A program made the position numbers and the translations under genes. A DNA stretch of 64,000 nucleotides from Mycobacteriales bacterium. Its GTDB lineage: Bacteria; Actinomycetota; Actinomycetes; Mycobacteriales; SCTD01. Where the stretch lies: contig DASTLY010000092.1 of NCBI GenBank assembly GCA_035714445.1, positions 374-64,373 of the forward strand, written 5' to 3'. The notes under the pieces were generated by a model. It was not told the origin of the DNA, did not search any database, and was given only the letters and a program-made list of their open reading frames with translations. Shown one piece after another: positions 51,470 to 60,918 of the stretch (the stretch's first letter is position 1; each line of letters opens with the position of its first letter).

Positions 51470-52987
51470 TCAGCGGAGCTCCTTCTTCAGGATCTTGCCG
51501 GTCGGGCCCTTGGGCAGCTCCGGCACCAGGCGCACCTCGCGGGGGTACTTGTAGGCGGCGAGCCGCTCCTTGCAGTACGCCTGGAGCTCCTCGGGCGTCG
51601 CGTCGGCGCCGGCCTTGAGGGCCACCACCGCGACGACCTCCTCGCCGAGCTTCTCGTCGGGCTTGCCGATCACCGCGGCCTCGGCGACGGCGGGGTGCTC
51701 GTACAGCACCTCCTCGACCTCCCGCGGGTACACGTTGTAGCCGCCGCGGATCACGAGGTCCTTCTTGCGGTCGACGACGAAGTAGAAGCCGTCCTCGTCG
51801 CGGTAGCCGAGGTCGCCGGTGTGGAACCAGCCGTTCTTGAACGCCTCGGCGGTGGCCTCGGGGTTCTTGTAGTAGCCCTTCATCATGTTGTGGCCACGGA
51901 TGACGAGCTCGCCGACGTTGTCGGACCCGGGCGGCAGCGGCTTGTCCGCGTCGTCGACGACCTGCACCTGAACGCCCCAGATGGGCTTGCCGATCGACAG
52001 CACCTTGCGCTGCTCTGCATTGATGTTGAACGTGGTGGTGCTGGCGCTCTCGGACAGCCCGTAGCCCTCGAGGATGACGCAGTTGGGGAACTTCTCCTCG
52101 AACGCCCGGATCGTCTCGCCCGGGATGGCCGCGCCGCCGGACACCCCCACTCGCAGTGAGCTCAGGTCGCGGTCGCCCAGGTCCTGGGACAGCAGCGCGA
52201 AGTACATCGTCGGCACGCCGGAGAAGATCGTGCAGCGGTGCTTCTCGATGGCGTCGACCACCGCGCCGAGCTCGAACCGCGGCACGAGCACCATCGTGCC
52301 GCCGTAGCGGACCGTCACGTTGAGCACGCTGGACAGGCCGAACACATGGAACAGCGGCAGCACGGCCAGGCCGATGTCGTCGTCGCGGAACTCGAACAGC
52401 TGCCCGGCGACCGTGCAGTTCATGAACAGCTGGAAGTGCGTGAGCTCCGCGCCCTTGGGCTTGCCGGTCGTGCCACTGGTGTAGAGCAGCACAGCCGTGT
52501 CGCCCGGATCGAGCGGCACCAGGTCGCGGGTGTCGTCGGCGAAGTACAGCTCGTCGAAGTGCTTGGTGCCGGCCGGCCGCTGGTCGTTGCCCGGCAGGTT
52601 CACGACGTACGTCGTGACGCCCTCGACCTGGGACGCGCCCTTCACCGCCTCCTCGGCGAACGACTCGAAGGTGATCAGCACCCGGGAGTCGCTGTCCGTC
52701 AGGTGGTAGCGCACCTCGGGCGCCACCAGCAGGGGGTTGAGCGGCACCATGACCAGGCCGGCCTTGAGGATGCCGAAGTAGGAGAAGAGGAACTGCGGCA
52801 GGTTCGGCAGCTGTACGGCGACCTTGTCGCCGCGCTGCAGGCCGGTCGCGAGCAGCGCGCTGGCGACCCGGCCGGAGATCTCGTCGACCTGGCTGTAGGT
52901 GAAGGTCAGGTCGCCGATCTGGACGAGCGGCTTGTCCGGGTGCGCGTCGCGCGACTCACGGAGCATGGTGGCGAGATTGAAGCTCAT
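51470..52987 (-). CDS. Long-chain fatty acid--CoA ligase
   Basis: YTSGTTGKPKG, EGYGLSE, HTGDLG, DRKKDL and PKGPTGK motifs. Confidence 0.95.
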   Translation of the reverse strand: MSFNLATMLRESRDAHPDKPLVQIGDLTFTYSQVDEISGRVASALLATGLQRGDKVAVQLPNLPQFLFSYFGILKAGLVMVPLNPLLVAPEVRYHLTDSDSRVLITFESFAEEAVKGASQVEGVTTYVVNLPGNDQRPAGTKHFDELYFADDTRDLVPLDPGDTAVLLYTSGTTGKPKGAELTHFQLFMNCTVAGQLFEFRDDDIGLAVLPLFHVFGLSSVLNVTVRYGGTMVLVPRFELGAVVDAIEKHRCTIFSGVPTMYFALLSQDLGDRDLSSLRVGVSGGAAIPGETIRAFEEKFPNCVILEGYGLSESASTTTFNINAEQRKVLSIGKPIWGVQVQVVDDADKPLPPGSDNVGELVIRGHNMMKGYYKNPEATAEAFKNGWFHTGDLGYRDEDGFYFVVDRKKDLVIRGGYNVYPREVEEVLYEHPAVAEAAVIGKPDEKLGEEVVAVVALKAGADATPEELQAYCKERLAAYKYPREVRLVPELPKGPTGKILKKELR

Positions 52988-53093
52988 GCGGACACTTTAG
53001 TGAGCGCCGTCACAGGTTGGGTCACCCGGGGGGACACTCCCGGGCACTGGCCCGCCCCGGCCCCTGGGGGCGGCCCGGATCGGCGCGCCGCGG

Positions 53094-55052
53094 TCACACC
53101 GGTACCGGCCGCGCCGCTCTCGGCAGGGGCGTCGGCAGCGGCGTTGGCGACGCCACCGCGGGTGCTGCGGGTGCTGCGGGGGCTGCGGGGGCTGCGGGTG
53201 CTGCGGGTGCTGCGGGTGCTGCGGGTGCTGCGGGTGCTGCGGGTGCTGCGGGTGCTGCGGTGCGGCGGGCGGTGGCTCGCGCGCCGGCCCCCGTCCCGGC
53301 CACCGCCGCGCCGCGGGGCCCGGCCACCGCCGCGCCCAGGCCGGAGAGGGCTCCCACCGCTCGGGTCGCGGAGCCGCCGAGCCCGCCCAGCGCCGCGCGC
53401 GCCTGCGCCAGACGGCCGGTCCAGCGGCCCGCCGCCGAGGACAGCGCCTGGCGTGCGCCGCCCATGCGCTCGCGCGCGGCCGTGCCGGCGCGGCCCACCG
53501 CGGCCGCCGTGCGGGCAACGGCTCCGGCGACGGCCCGTGTCACCACCGGCGCCAGTCGGTCGAAGGCCCGGCCCACGATCGGCACCACCCGGTCGAAAGC
53601 CCAGCCCACCGCGACGGTGGCAACTGCGCTCGCGGCCAGCGAGGCGCCCACGCCGAGCCACACCGGGGAACTGGCCAGCGCCCCGGCGACGGCGGCGCCG
53701 ACCCCGATGCCCACACCGGTGAGCAGGGCGCCCTTGACGAGGGCGGTCGGCAGGGACGTCCCGTGGGTGATGTCCCAGAGAACGTCGAGCAGCGAGAAGC
53801 CGGCACCCGCCCTGCTGAGGTGCCGCAGCAGCGGGAGGTCCGCGACGGCAGTGGTGTGCAGGCGCCGCAGCCAGCCGGGCAGGTGGAGCCTGCGCACCCA
53901 CCCGTCCCACAGGTAGCCGAGTTCACCCATGGCATAGGCGGCCCGCGCGACCTGCCCCGCAGCCAGGCGTCCGGCCGCCTGGGCAGCTCCCTGCAGAGCC
54001 CGCGCTGCCGCTCTGAGGTCCGTCGCCCGACGAGCCAGAGCGGTGGCCCGGTCGTGGATCCCCTCGGCGGTGTCCGACACCCCCTGCCAGGCCCCGTGCA
54101 GCCAGTCGCCCACGTTGACCGGGGTCACGCTGGGCAGCGGGACCCCGGAGTCCGCAGGGGCGGTGAGGCCGGGCACCAGGTCCATCAGCCAGGCGAGCTC
54201 GGCCGGGGGCAGCGCCGCGAGCGCCTGGCGCAGCGCCGCGGGCCCTGCCAGCTGTGCCTCGAGCACCCCGAAGGCGTCGAGCACGCGGGGGTCGGCCAGC
54301 GCGTCCTCGGCCCGGTCGGCCGCCGCCAGCAGCCGGACGAGCAGCTCGCACTGCCTCGCCGCGAGCTCCCACCGCGCCGACGCCCCGGCCAGGGGCGACC
54401 CGGGGGCCGTCGCCGCCTGCAGCCACGCCGCCGACCGGCTGCCCGCCAACCCGTACGCGTCGAGCCCAGCCAGCCCGAGCGCGCCGATCCGGGCGGTCAC
54501 GCTGGAGCACATCGCGGACGCTGTCCCCGCGGTCGCCCGGCTGGCGCGCGCCAACCCGTCGACCGCGGCCAGCTCGGCCTCGACGAGACCGGTGGGGCTG
54601 GGCGCAACCGGCGCGGCGGGTCGGGTGCCGACGTCGGGCAGCGGAACGGGGGGCACTCCCGCGATCTTCGCCCAGTACGGGTCGGCGGGCCCCTTCAGGT
54701 CGTCGAGCAGCAGCCGGACCGCGTGCGCCTCCACCGCGTTGCTGGTCGCGGCCAGCTCCGCGCGCAGTGCCTGCTCCGACCTGGCGTGCAGGCGGGCGGC
54801 GGTGTCGCGCAGGTCCTCGACGGCGACGGCGAGCCCACGCAGGTGGGACGCGCCGGCCTCCAGGGCCAGGCTGCCGGTGAGGGCGCCCGCCTCGGCGTCG
54901 GCCAGCCCTCGTCGAACCACGTCGGCAGCGGGCGCGGACCAGCGCACCGCCAGCTGGGTGGCCGACAGCTCCGCGCAGAGCCGCCGAGCCTCCCCGGCCG
55001 ACAGGCTCAGAGCGGTCGCGGCGCCGCGCAGGGCGAGCGGGTCGGGCAGCAC
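53094..55052 (-). CDS. Ala-rich hypothetical protein with WXG-like N-terminus, hydrophobic Gly-zipper region and (APA)n tail
   Basis: GAGGAG RBS plus GTG at 55052. LPDPLALRGAATAL...WSAPAAD; GVGIGVGAAVAG...GVGASLAASAVATVAVGWAFD. Confidence 0.6.
   Translation of the reverse strand: MLPDPLALRGAATALSLSAGEARRLCAELSATQLAVRWSAPAADVVRRGLADAEAGALTGSLALEAGASHLRGLAVAVEDLRDTAARLHARSEQALRAELAATSNAVEAHAVRLLLDDLKGPADPYWAKIAGVPPVPLPDVGTRPAAPVAPSPTGLVEAELAAVDGLARASRATAGTASAMCSSVTARIGALGLAGLDAYGLAGSRSAAWLQAATAPGSPLAGASARWELAARQCELLVRLLAAADRAEDALADPRVLDAFGVLEAQLAGPAALRQALAALPPAELAWLMDLVPGLTAPADSGVPLPSVTPVNVGDWLHGAWQGVSDTAEGIHDRATALARRATDLRAAARALQGAAQAAGRLAAGQVARAAYAMGELGYLWDGWVRRLHLPGWLRRLHTTAVADLPLLRHLSRAGAGFSLLDVLWDITHGTSLPTALVKGALLTGVGIGVGAAVAGALASSPVWLGVGASLAASAVATVAVGWAFDRVVPIVGRAFDRLAPVVTRAVAGAVARTAAAVGRAGTAARERMGGARQALSSAAGRWTGRLAQARAALGGLGGSATRAVGALSGLGAAVAGPRGAAVAGTGAGARATARRTAAPAAPAAPAAPAAPAAPAAPAAPAAPAAPAAPAVASPTPLPTPLPRAARPVPV
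53158..53260 (+). repeat. 9-bp tandem repeat (GCGGGTGCT) x11 plus partial
   Basis: Eleven consecutive units, two with the variant GCGGGGGCT. In frame on the minus strand it encodes repeated Ala-Pro-Ala. Confidence 0.95.
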
Positions 55053-55212
55053 GGCAGCTCCTCGGACGGGGGCCGGACCGGCCCGCGGACGACGAGCAGA
55101 CCGCACCGGGCGGCGCGGCGCCGGCGCCACGACCCGGCCTGTGGACAGCGGCTCCGGCTGTGGACCGCTGCCGCCACCCGCTCCGCCAGACGTGCTAGGA
55201 GCCGCCGCCGCT

Positions 55213-56595
55213 TCAGGTCACCGACCAGCCGAGCAGCCCCGCGCCGAGCCCGAGCAGCGCGCAGACCCCGAGGGTCCGCAGCACCGGCCACCCCCAGCGG
55301 AAGATCATCACTGCGGCGGCCAGCCCGATGAGCACGGCCAGCGGGCGCAGGCTCGCCAGCGCCGGCAGCTCGAGGTCGACCGGCCCGGCCTGCCGCGTGC
55401 TGGTGCGGCGGAACAACGTGTGCAGCGCGAAGTAGACGCCCAGGCTGGCGATGACCCCGACCACCGCGGCCGTGATGCCGGCCAGCGCGGCGCTGATCGT
55501 GCGGTTGCCGCGCAGGCGCTCGACGTACGGGGCGCCGAGGAAGATGAACAGGAAGCAGGGCACGAAGGTCACCCAGGTGGTGAGCAGCGCGGCGACGGTC
55601 GCGGCCAGCCACGGGTCGAGCCCGCCCGGGTCGCGGTACGCACCGACGAACGCCACGAACTGCACCACCATGATGAGCGGTCCGGGCGTGGACTCGGCGA
55701 GCGCCAGCCCCCGGACCATCTCCCCGGGCGCGAGCCAGCCGTAGACCTGCACCGCCTGCTGGGCGACGTAGGCGAGCACGGCGTACGCGCCGCCGAAGGT
55801 GACGAGCGCGGCGCCGGAGAAGAACAGGCCCTGCTCGGTGAAGACGCTGTGCCGGCCGCTGAGCAGCCCGACCGCGACCAGCGGGGCGGCCCACAGCAGC
55901 CCGCCGACGACCAGCACCGTGCCGGCACGGGTGGCGCGGGGCCGGGCGCGATGCAGGGCGTCGTCGGGGATCAGCGGCGGCGGCCCCTCGGCCCGGCCAC
56001 CGGAGCCGGCTCCCGCCGTCATGGTGTGCGGCGCGTACCTGCCGAGCAGCCAGCCGGCGACCGCCGCCACCGCGACGACGACCGGGAAGGGCACGGCGAA
56101 CACGGTCAGGGCGAGGAACGCGGCAACGGCCAGCGCGACCAGCTCGCGGGTCGCGAGGGCGCGCCGGCCGACCCGGACCACCGCCTGCGCCACGATCGCG
56201 AGCACGGCCGGCGCGAGGCCGGCGAACAGCGCGAGCACCGCGGTGGTCGTGCCGAAGGCGACGTAGACCGCCGAGAGCGCGAGCAGCGCGACCACCCCCG
56301 GCAGCACGAACAACGTCCCGGCCGCCAGCCCGCCGCGGGTCCCGTTGAGCAGCCAGCCCAGGTAGATCGCCAGCTGCTGGGCCTCCGGCCCGGGCAGCAG
56401 CGTGCAGTACGACAGGGCGTGCAGGAACCGCTGCTGGCCGATCCAGCGCCGGTCCTCCACCAGTGCGCGCTGCATCACCGCGATCTGGCCCGCCGGGCCG
56501 CCGAAGGTCTGGAGCGAGATCGCGAACCAGGTGCGCACGGCGGTGCCGAACGGCACCAGGTCACCCGTCACGTCGTCAGCTGCCGAGGACGTCAC
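55213..56595 (-). CDS. chrA: Long-chain chromate ion transporter (CHR family)
   Basis: TFGGPAGQIA, LLPGPEAQQLA, TFGGAYAVL, ESTPGPLI and ITAAVVGVI motifs. GGAAGGA RBS precedes GTG 56595. Confidence 0.93.
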   Translation of the reverse strand: MTSSAADDVTGDLVPFGTAVRTWFAISLQTFGGPAGQIAVMQRALVEDRRWIGQQRFLHALSYCTLLPGPEAQQLAIYLGWLLNGTRGGLAAGTLFVLPGVVALLALSAVYVAFGTTTAVLALFAGLAPAVLAIVAQAVVRVGRRALATRELVALAVAAFLALTVFAVPFPVVVAVAAVAGWLLGRYAPHTMTAGAGSGGRAEGPPPLIPDDALHRARPRATRAGTVLVVGGLLWAAPLVAVGLLSGRHSVFTEQGLFFSGAALVTFGGAYAVLAYVAQQAVQVYGWLAPGEMVRGLALAESTPGPLIMVVQFVAFVGAYRDPGGLDPWLAATVAALLTTWVTFVPCFLFIFLGAPYVERLRGNRTISAALAGITAAVVGVIASLGVYFALHTLFRRTSTRQAGPVDLELPALASLRPLAVLIGLAAAVMIFRWGWPVLRTLGVCALLGLGAGLLGWSVT

Positions 56596-56734
56596 CGTGG
56601 TCCTTCCGGGTCCAGCCGCCGACGGGCCGTACGGCGGGCGGTGCTGTCCTACCAGCCGGCAGCCGGCGCAGCACTGGGCCGGCCGCACGGACCGCCGGTG
56701 TCGCCCCGACGGGCGCCGGCTCTCCCCCGTGGCG

Positions 56735-57550
56735 TCAGAGCCGGCCGTACACCGGCCCGAGCAGGCGGCGCAGCGGCTCCCAGAGCGCCGCAGGCGCGGC
56801 GAGGACGTCCCCGCTCTGCGGGACGGCACCTGGGGTCGGGCCGTGCAGGTCACCGACCGTGCCGCCGGCCTCGGCGACGAGCAGCAGGCCGGCAGCGCAG
56901 TCCCAGGGCTGGAGCCCGGGGACCCAGGCCGCGTCGACCCGGCCGGTGGCCACCTGCGCGAGCGCCACGGCGGCGCTGCCTCCGCGCCGCACGTCGCGCA
57001 CGTGGGGCACCAACGCGTCCAGCAGTCGGCCCGAGAGCGGCTTCTGGTCCGCCGGCCGTCCCAGGTTCAGCTCCACGAGCGCGCGCCCGAGGTCGGTCTG
57101 CGCGAGGGTGGGCAGGCGCTGCCCCTGCGCCCAGGCACCGCCTCCGGCCAGAGCCCACGTGGTCCGGCCGGTCGCCGGCTCGACGACGACACCGGCCAGC
57201 ACGCGGCCGGACGGGTCGGTCGCGGCCACGCTCACGGCCCAGTCCGGCCGCCCGTAGAGGTAGTTGGTCGTGCCGTCGATCGGGTCCACGACCCAGCGCA
57301 CCCCCGTGCTGCCGGGCTGCTCGCCGGCCTCCTCACCGAGCACCCCGTCGTGCGGGCGCTCGGCGGCGAGGATCGTGCGTACGGCCGTCTCGGCCTCGGT
57401 GTCGGCCCGGCTGACCAGGTCGTGCGGCCCCGCCTTCTCCCCGACGTCGAGCTCGACGAGCCGGTCCGCCCAGCGGCGGGCCACCCGCGCCCCGGCCTCC
57501 GCTGCGGTACGGGCCACCGCGAGCAGCTCGGCCGGGGCGGTTGCGGTCAC
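56735..57550 (-). CDS. Inositol monophosphatase family protein
   Basis: DLVSRAD, GVLGEE, WVVDPIDGTTNY, RRGGSAA and PWDCAAG motifs. GTGA overlap with the upstream gene. Confidence 0.93.
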   Translation of the reverse strand: MTATAPAELLAVARTAAEAGARVARRWADRLVELDVGEKAGPHDLVSRADTEAETAVRTILAAERPHDGVLGEEAGEQPGSTGVRWVVDPIDGTTNYLYGRPDWAVSVAATDPSGRVLAGVVVEPATGRTTWALAGGGAWAQGQRLPTLAQTDLGRALVELNLGRPADQKPLSGRLLDALVPHVRDVRRGGSAAVALAQVATGRVDAAWVPGLQPWDCAAGLLLVAEAGGTVGDLHGPTPGAVPQSGDVLAAPAALWEPLRRLLGPVYGRL

Positions 57551-58758
57551 CTGCGGCGCGACTGCCGCAGGCGCCGCAGCGGCTTGCCGACCTCGTCCGC
57601 GCACTGCCGCGTGAAGCATCCGTACGCGGTGAGGACGACCACGACCGGCAGCACGGCGACGAGCGGGCGCGGCGTGCCGAGAGCGGCCTGCAGGGCGACC
57701 AGAGCGAGGCTCAGGGCGGTGCCCGTCCCCAGCCTGCGCCCCGGTGCGGCGGCGACGACCAGGGCCACTGCTGCGCCCGCGGCGACGGTCAGCGCGCCCG
57801 CCGGGAGCGCCTGGGCGCCGACCAGAAGCCGCCCGGCGAGAGCGGCCGACGCGGCGGCGACGACCAGGGCCAGGTGCCACGGCGCGTGCAGCGGCGTCGC
57901 GCCCTGCAGACCCCGCCAGGTGCACGGGTCGCTGCCGGCACCCGATGCGTCGGACGGCAGCCACCGGACGAGGCCGAGCGTGTGCTCGCGAGCCTGGCCC
58001 GAGCGCACCTGCCACACCATGCGCCCCCGTCGTACGGCCCCGAAGGGCATCGCCTCCAGGGTCCACCGGCAGGTGACGAAGACGACTCCGAGCGCCCACA
58101 TCGCGCACGCCGAGGCGACGACCAGGGCGGGACGACCGTCGAGCTCGACCGCGAGGCCGAGCCCGGTGAGCCCGCGCACGGCGTATCCGGCGCCGACGAC
58201 GACCCAGACACCGATCAACGCAGGACGCAGCGGCACGGGGACCTGCTCCGCGCGTCCCGTCGCGGCTGAGCGCAGCCGCTCGTACACCAGCGCCACGCCG
58301 AAGACGCCGATCGTCATCAGCACCAGCACGCCGGCGAGGTCCGGCACGAGAACAGCCACGGCGGCGGTCAGCCCGAGCCGCAGCCCCAGGACGGTCAGGC
58401 TCGCCGCGATGTGCGCCCGGCCCCGCTCGACGGGGCCCGGCAGGCGGCCGCGGGAGGCGGCATCGGGGTGGGCCTGGTCAGCGGCGAAGCCCCGGATGTC
58501 GTTCCACTGGTAGCGCGCCTGGTAGACGAGCAGCTCGAGCACGCCCCAGACCAGGACCGCCCTCAGCAGCTCACCGGCGGACGTGCGGCCGTCGGCCGCG
58601 ACGCCGACCGCGAAGGTGAGCGGCACGACGACGGCCTTGACGAGGTCCTTGGGCCGCGGTACGAGCAGGTAGGCGGCGAGCCTGCGGCCGCCCCGCACGG
58701 AGGGCTCCGCACCCGCGCCGCTGCGCTGCAGCGCAGCGTGCACCGGCAGCGTCGTCAC
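57547..58758 (-). CDS. Divergent UbiA-like prenyltransferase/phosphoribosyltransferase membrane protein
   Basis: PRPKDLVKA and YQWNDIRGFAADQAHP..RGRLP resemble the first UbiA Asp-rich motif region. Multiple TM helices. Confidence 0.55.
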   Translation of the reverse strand: MTTLPVHAALQRSGAGAEPSVRGGRRLAAYLLVPRPKDLVKAVVVPLTFAVGVAADGRTSAGELLRAVLVWGVLELLVYQARYQWNDIRGFAADQAHPDAASRGRLPGPVERGRAHIAASLTVLGLRLGLTAAVAVLVPDLAGVLVLMTIGVFGVALVYERLRSAATGRAEQVPVPLRPALIGVWVVVGAGYAVRGLTGLGLAVELDGRPALVVASACAMWALGVVFVTCRWTLEAMPFGAVRRGRMVWQVRSGQAREHTLGLVRWLPSDASGAGSDPCTWRGLQGATPLHAPWHLALVVAAASAALAGRLLVGAQALPAGALTVAAGAAVALVVAAAPGRRLGTGTALSLALVALQAALGTPRPLVAVLPVVVVLTAYGCFTRQCADEVGKPLRRLRQSRRR

Positions 58759-58797
58759 GGGCGCTGGTTCGCCGCTGCACAGCGACTGAAACGCCGA

Positions 58798-59844
58798 TCA
58801 AGCGGTCAGGCGGTCCAGCAGCAGCGCCATGAAGCGGTCGTTGTCGACGGCGTGCGCGATCTCGACCGGTCGTGCCTCGTGCAGGGGCACCACGACCTGG
58901 AGCAGCCCGTCGTCGGTGGCGTCCCAGGCGACGGTGCGCCCACGGGTCAGCCGGCCGGTGAGCTCCACGTCCGCCTGCCGCAGGCGGGTCCTGACAACCT
59001 CAGGATCGAGCACCGCGGCCAGCGCGAGGGGGTCGTGCAGCGGGCAGCCGTCGCGGCCGAAGCGGCCGGCCAGCCAGGTCACCCACGGTCGTACGGTCCG
59101 AGCGAGGTAGTCGCCCAGCGGCGTTCCCGCCGCGTCCAGGCGGTCGACCTCGGCCAGCCGCAGGTGGGTCTGGAGCGTGACGTCCAGCGGCACGACCGTG
59201 AGGGGTGCCGTACTGGTCATGACGATGTGCGTCGCCTCCGGGTCGTACGCCGCGTTGAGCTCCTGCAGCACGTCAGGGTGCTCGAACGCGCCACCCATCC
59301 AGACGATCCGGGCCACCTTGCGCTCGAACCCGCGGTCGAGCAGCATCGCCGTCGCGACATTGGTGAGCGGACCGATCGCGAGGACGGTGACCTCGCCCGG
59401 AGCGGCGTCCACGGCGTCGACCAGCGCCTGCGGGCCGCGCATCGGGTGGGGCGGGGAGACCGCCGCCGCCGGCTCCAGGCCGGCCCACAGCTGCTGCGCC
59501 GCGGAGTCCGTGCGACGGCTGTCCAGCAGGGCCCGCCAGGGGCGCGGGTCCTGCACCAGTGGCCGCTCCGCTCCGCGGTGCACCGGCACGTTGCCGGCGC
59601 CGGCTGCGGCGAGGACCTCGAACGCGCCCTGCACGCCCCGGTCGACGGGCACGTTGCCCGCGACGACGGTCACGGCCCGCAGGTCGACCTCCGGTGAGCA
59701 GAGCGCCAGCGCGATCGCCAGCGCGTCGTCGACGTCGGAGCCCGGGGTCCCGTTGCCGGGGTCGCAGTCGATGACCAGTCGCACGGGATCCTCCCGGGTC
59801 GGCCGGTCGTAGGACACGGCCCGGGCAGCACCGTCCGCGGTCAC
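58798..59844 (-). CDS. Nucleoside hydrolase (IU-NH family)
   Basis: IDCDPG..DVDD, AIGPLTNVA, WMGG, ELNAAYDPEA, VPLDVT and LHDP motifs. Confidence 0.93.
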   Translation of the reverse strand: MTADGAARAVSYDRPTREDPVRLVIDCDPGNGTPGSDVDDALAIALALCSPEVDLRAVTVVAGNVPVDRGVQGAFEVLAAAGAGNVPVHRGAERPLVQDPRPWRALLDSRRTDSAAQQLWAGLEPAAAVSPPHPMRGPQALVDAVDAAPGEVTVLAIGPLTNVATAMLLDRGFERKVARIVWMGGAFEHPDVLQELNAAYDPEATHIVMTSTAPLTVVPLDVTLQTHLRLAEVDRLDAAGTPLGDYLARTVRPWVTWLAGRFGRDGCPLHDPLALAAVLDPEVVRTRLRQADVELTGRLTRGRTVAWDATDDGLLQVVVPLHEARPVEIAHAVDNDRFMALLLDRLTA

Positions 59845-60761
59845 CCCCGCCCGACCTCCTGCAACCGGGCCCGGGCCTCGGCGAGGGTGGGCGCCGAGCG
59901 GCCGGCACCCGGCCGCTCGACCGACAGCGAGCCGGCGGCGCAGGCCAGCTCAGCTGCCGGGACCGCCTCAGCACCTCCGGCGCGGGCAGCAGCCAGGGCA
60001 CCGCAGAAGGCGTCGCCCGCGCCGGTCGTGTCCACCACCGTGCGCGCCGGGACACCGGGCAGGCGTACGGGAGCGCTGTTCCGGTGCTGGAGCAGCGCGC
60101 CGGCGACGCCCAGCGTCACCACCACCTCGGGCACGTCACGCAGCAGCCGGCCGACGGCCGCGTCGAGGTCCGCCGTGCCGCCGAGCTCGCGAGCCTCGTG
60201 CTGGTTGACGACGAGGACGTCCACGGCGCGCAGCACCTCCGGCGCAAGCGGCTGCGCCGGCGCCGCGTTGAGCACGGCCAGGCCCGCGGCGGCCGCGAGC
60301 GCGTCGGCCACGGTCGCGAGCGGGACCTCGAGCTGGCACAGCACGACCCGCGCGTCCCGGATCACCTGGCGCTCGGCGGCGCTGAGGGCCGTGAGGAGGG
60401 CGTTGGCGCCCGGGTCGACCACGATGGCGTTCTCGCCCCGGGCGTCCACGGCCACGTACGCCGTCCCGGTCGGCGCGCTGACCGTCCGCACGGCGCCGAG
60501 GTCGACACCGGCTCGGGCCAGCTCCTCGCGCAGGACCCCGGCCGCGGCGTCGTCGCCCAGCGCGGCGACGAAGCCGGTCCTGGCCCCGGCCCGTGCCGCC
60601 GCGGCCGCCTGGTTCGCGCCCTTGCCGCCCGGGCCCTGCGCCGACCCGACGGCGAGGACCGTCTCCCCCGGTGCCGGGATCTCCGGGACCTCCAGCACGA
60701 TGTCGAGGTTGGCGCTGCCGACGACGACGACGTCGTACGCGCCGGCGCGCTGCTCGTCCAC
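59841..60761 (-). CDS. rbsK: Ribokinase (PfkB family)
   Basis: VGSANLD, PGETV, GGKGANQA, GENAIVV, VNQHEA and DTTGAGDAF motifs. Confidence 0.92.
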   Translation of the reverse strand: MDEQRAGAYDVVVVGSANLDIVLEVPEIPAPGETVLAVGSAQGPGGKGANQAAAAARAGARTGFVAALGDDAAAGVLREELARAGVDLGAVRTVSAPTGTAYVAVDARGENAIVVDPGANALLTALSAAERQVIRDARVVLCQLEVPLATVADALAAAAGLAVLNAAPAQPLAPEVLRAVDVLVVNQHEARELGGTADLDAAVGRLLRDVPEVVVTLGVAGALLQHRNSAPVRLPGVPARTVVDTTGAGDAFCGALAAARAGGAEAVPAAELACAAGSLSVERPGAGRSAPTLAEARARLQEVGRG

Positions 60762-60918
60762 GCCCTGGCGCTGCCCGGTCCAGCGCGTACGAACCGCCGT
60801 GCCCGCGTCGCCGGTTTACGTCGACAGCGGCGCGGTATCCCACCTCCGCGTTGAGCAGCCAGCGTGTGCCCGCCCGCGAGCAGTCGGCTCGTAGGCCAGT
60901 TCACACGCTGGAGGACTG

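Noticed and set aside
53158..53260. Possible CRISPR array
   Set aside because: The 9-bp units are contiguous with no spacers, and no cas genes are present. It is a coding tandem repeat.
54043..57414. 1123-aa plus-strand ORF and similar long ORFs (6990-9770, 31175-33910, 3490-5151, 17013-19076)
   Set aside because: These are antisense or off-frame shadows of real genes, typical of high-GC DNA. They are Arg/Pro-rich with no family motifs.
60814..60825. Operator-like GTTTACGTCGAC between rbsK and the mannitol dehydrogenase
   Set aside because: It is only a partial palindrome, appears once, and no cognate regulator is adjacent.
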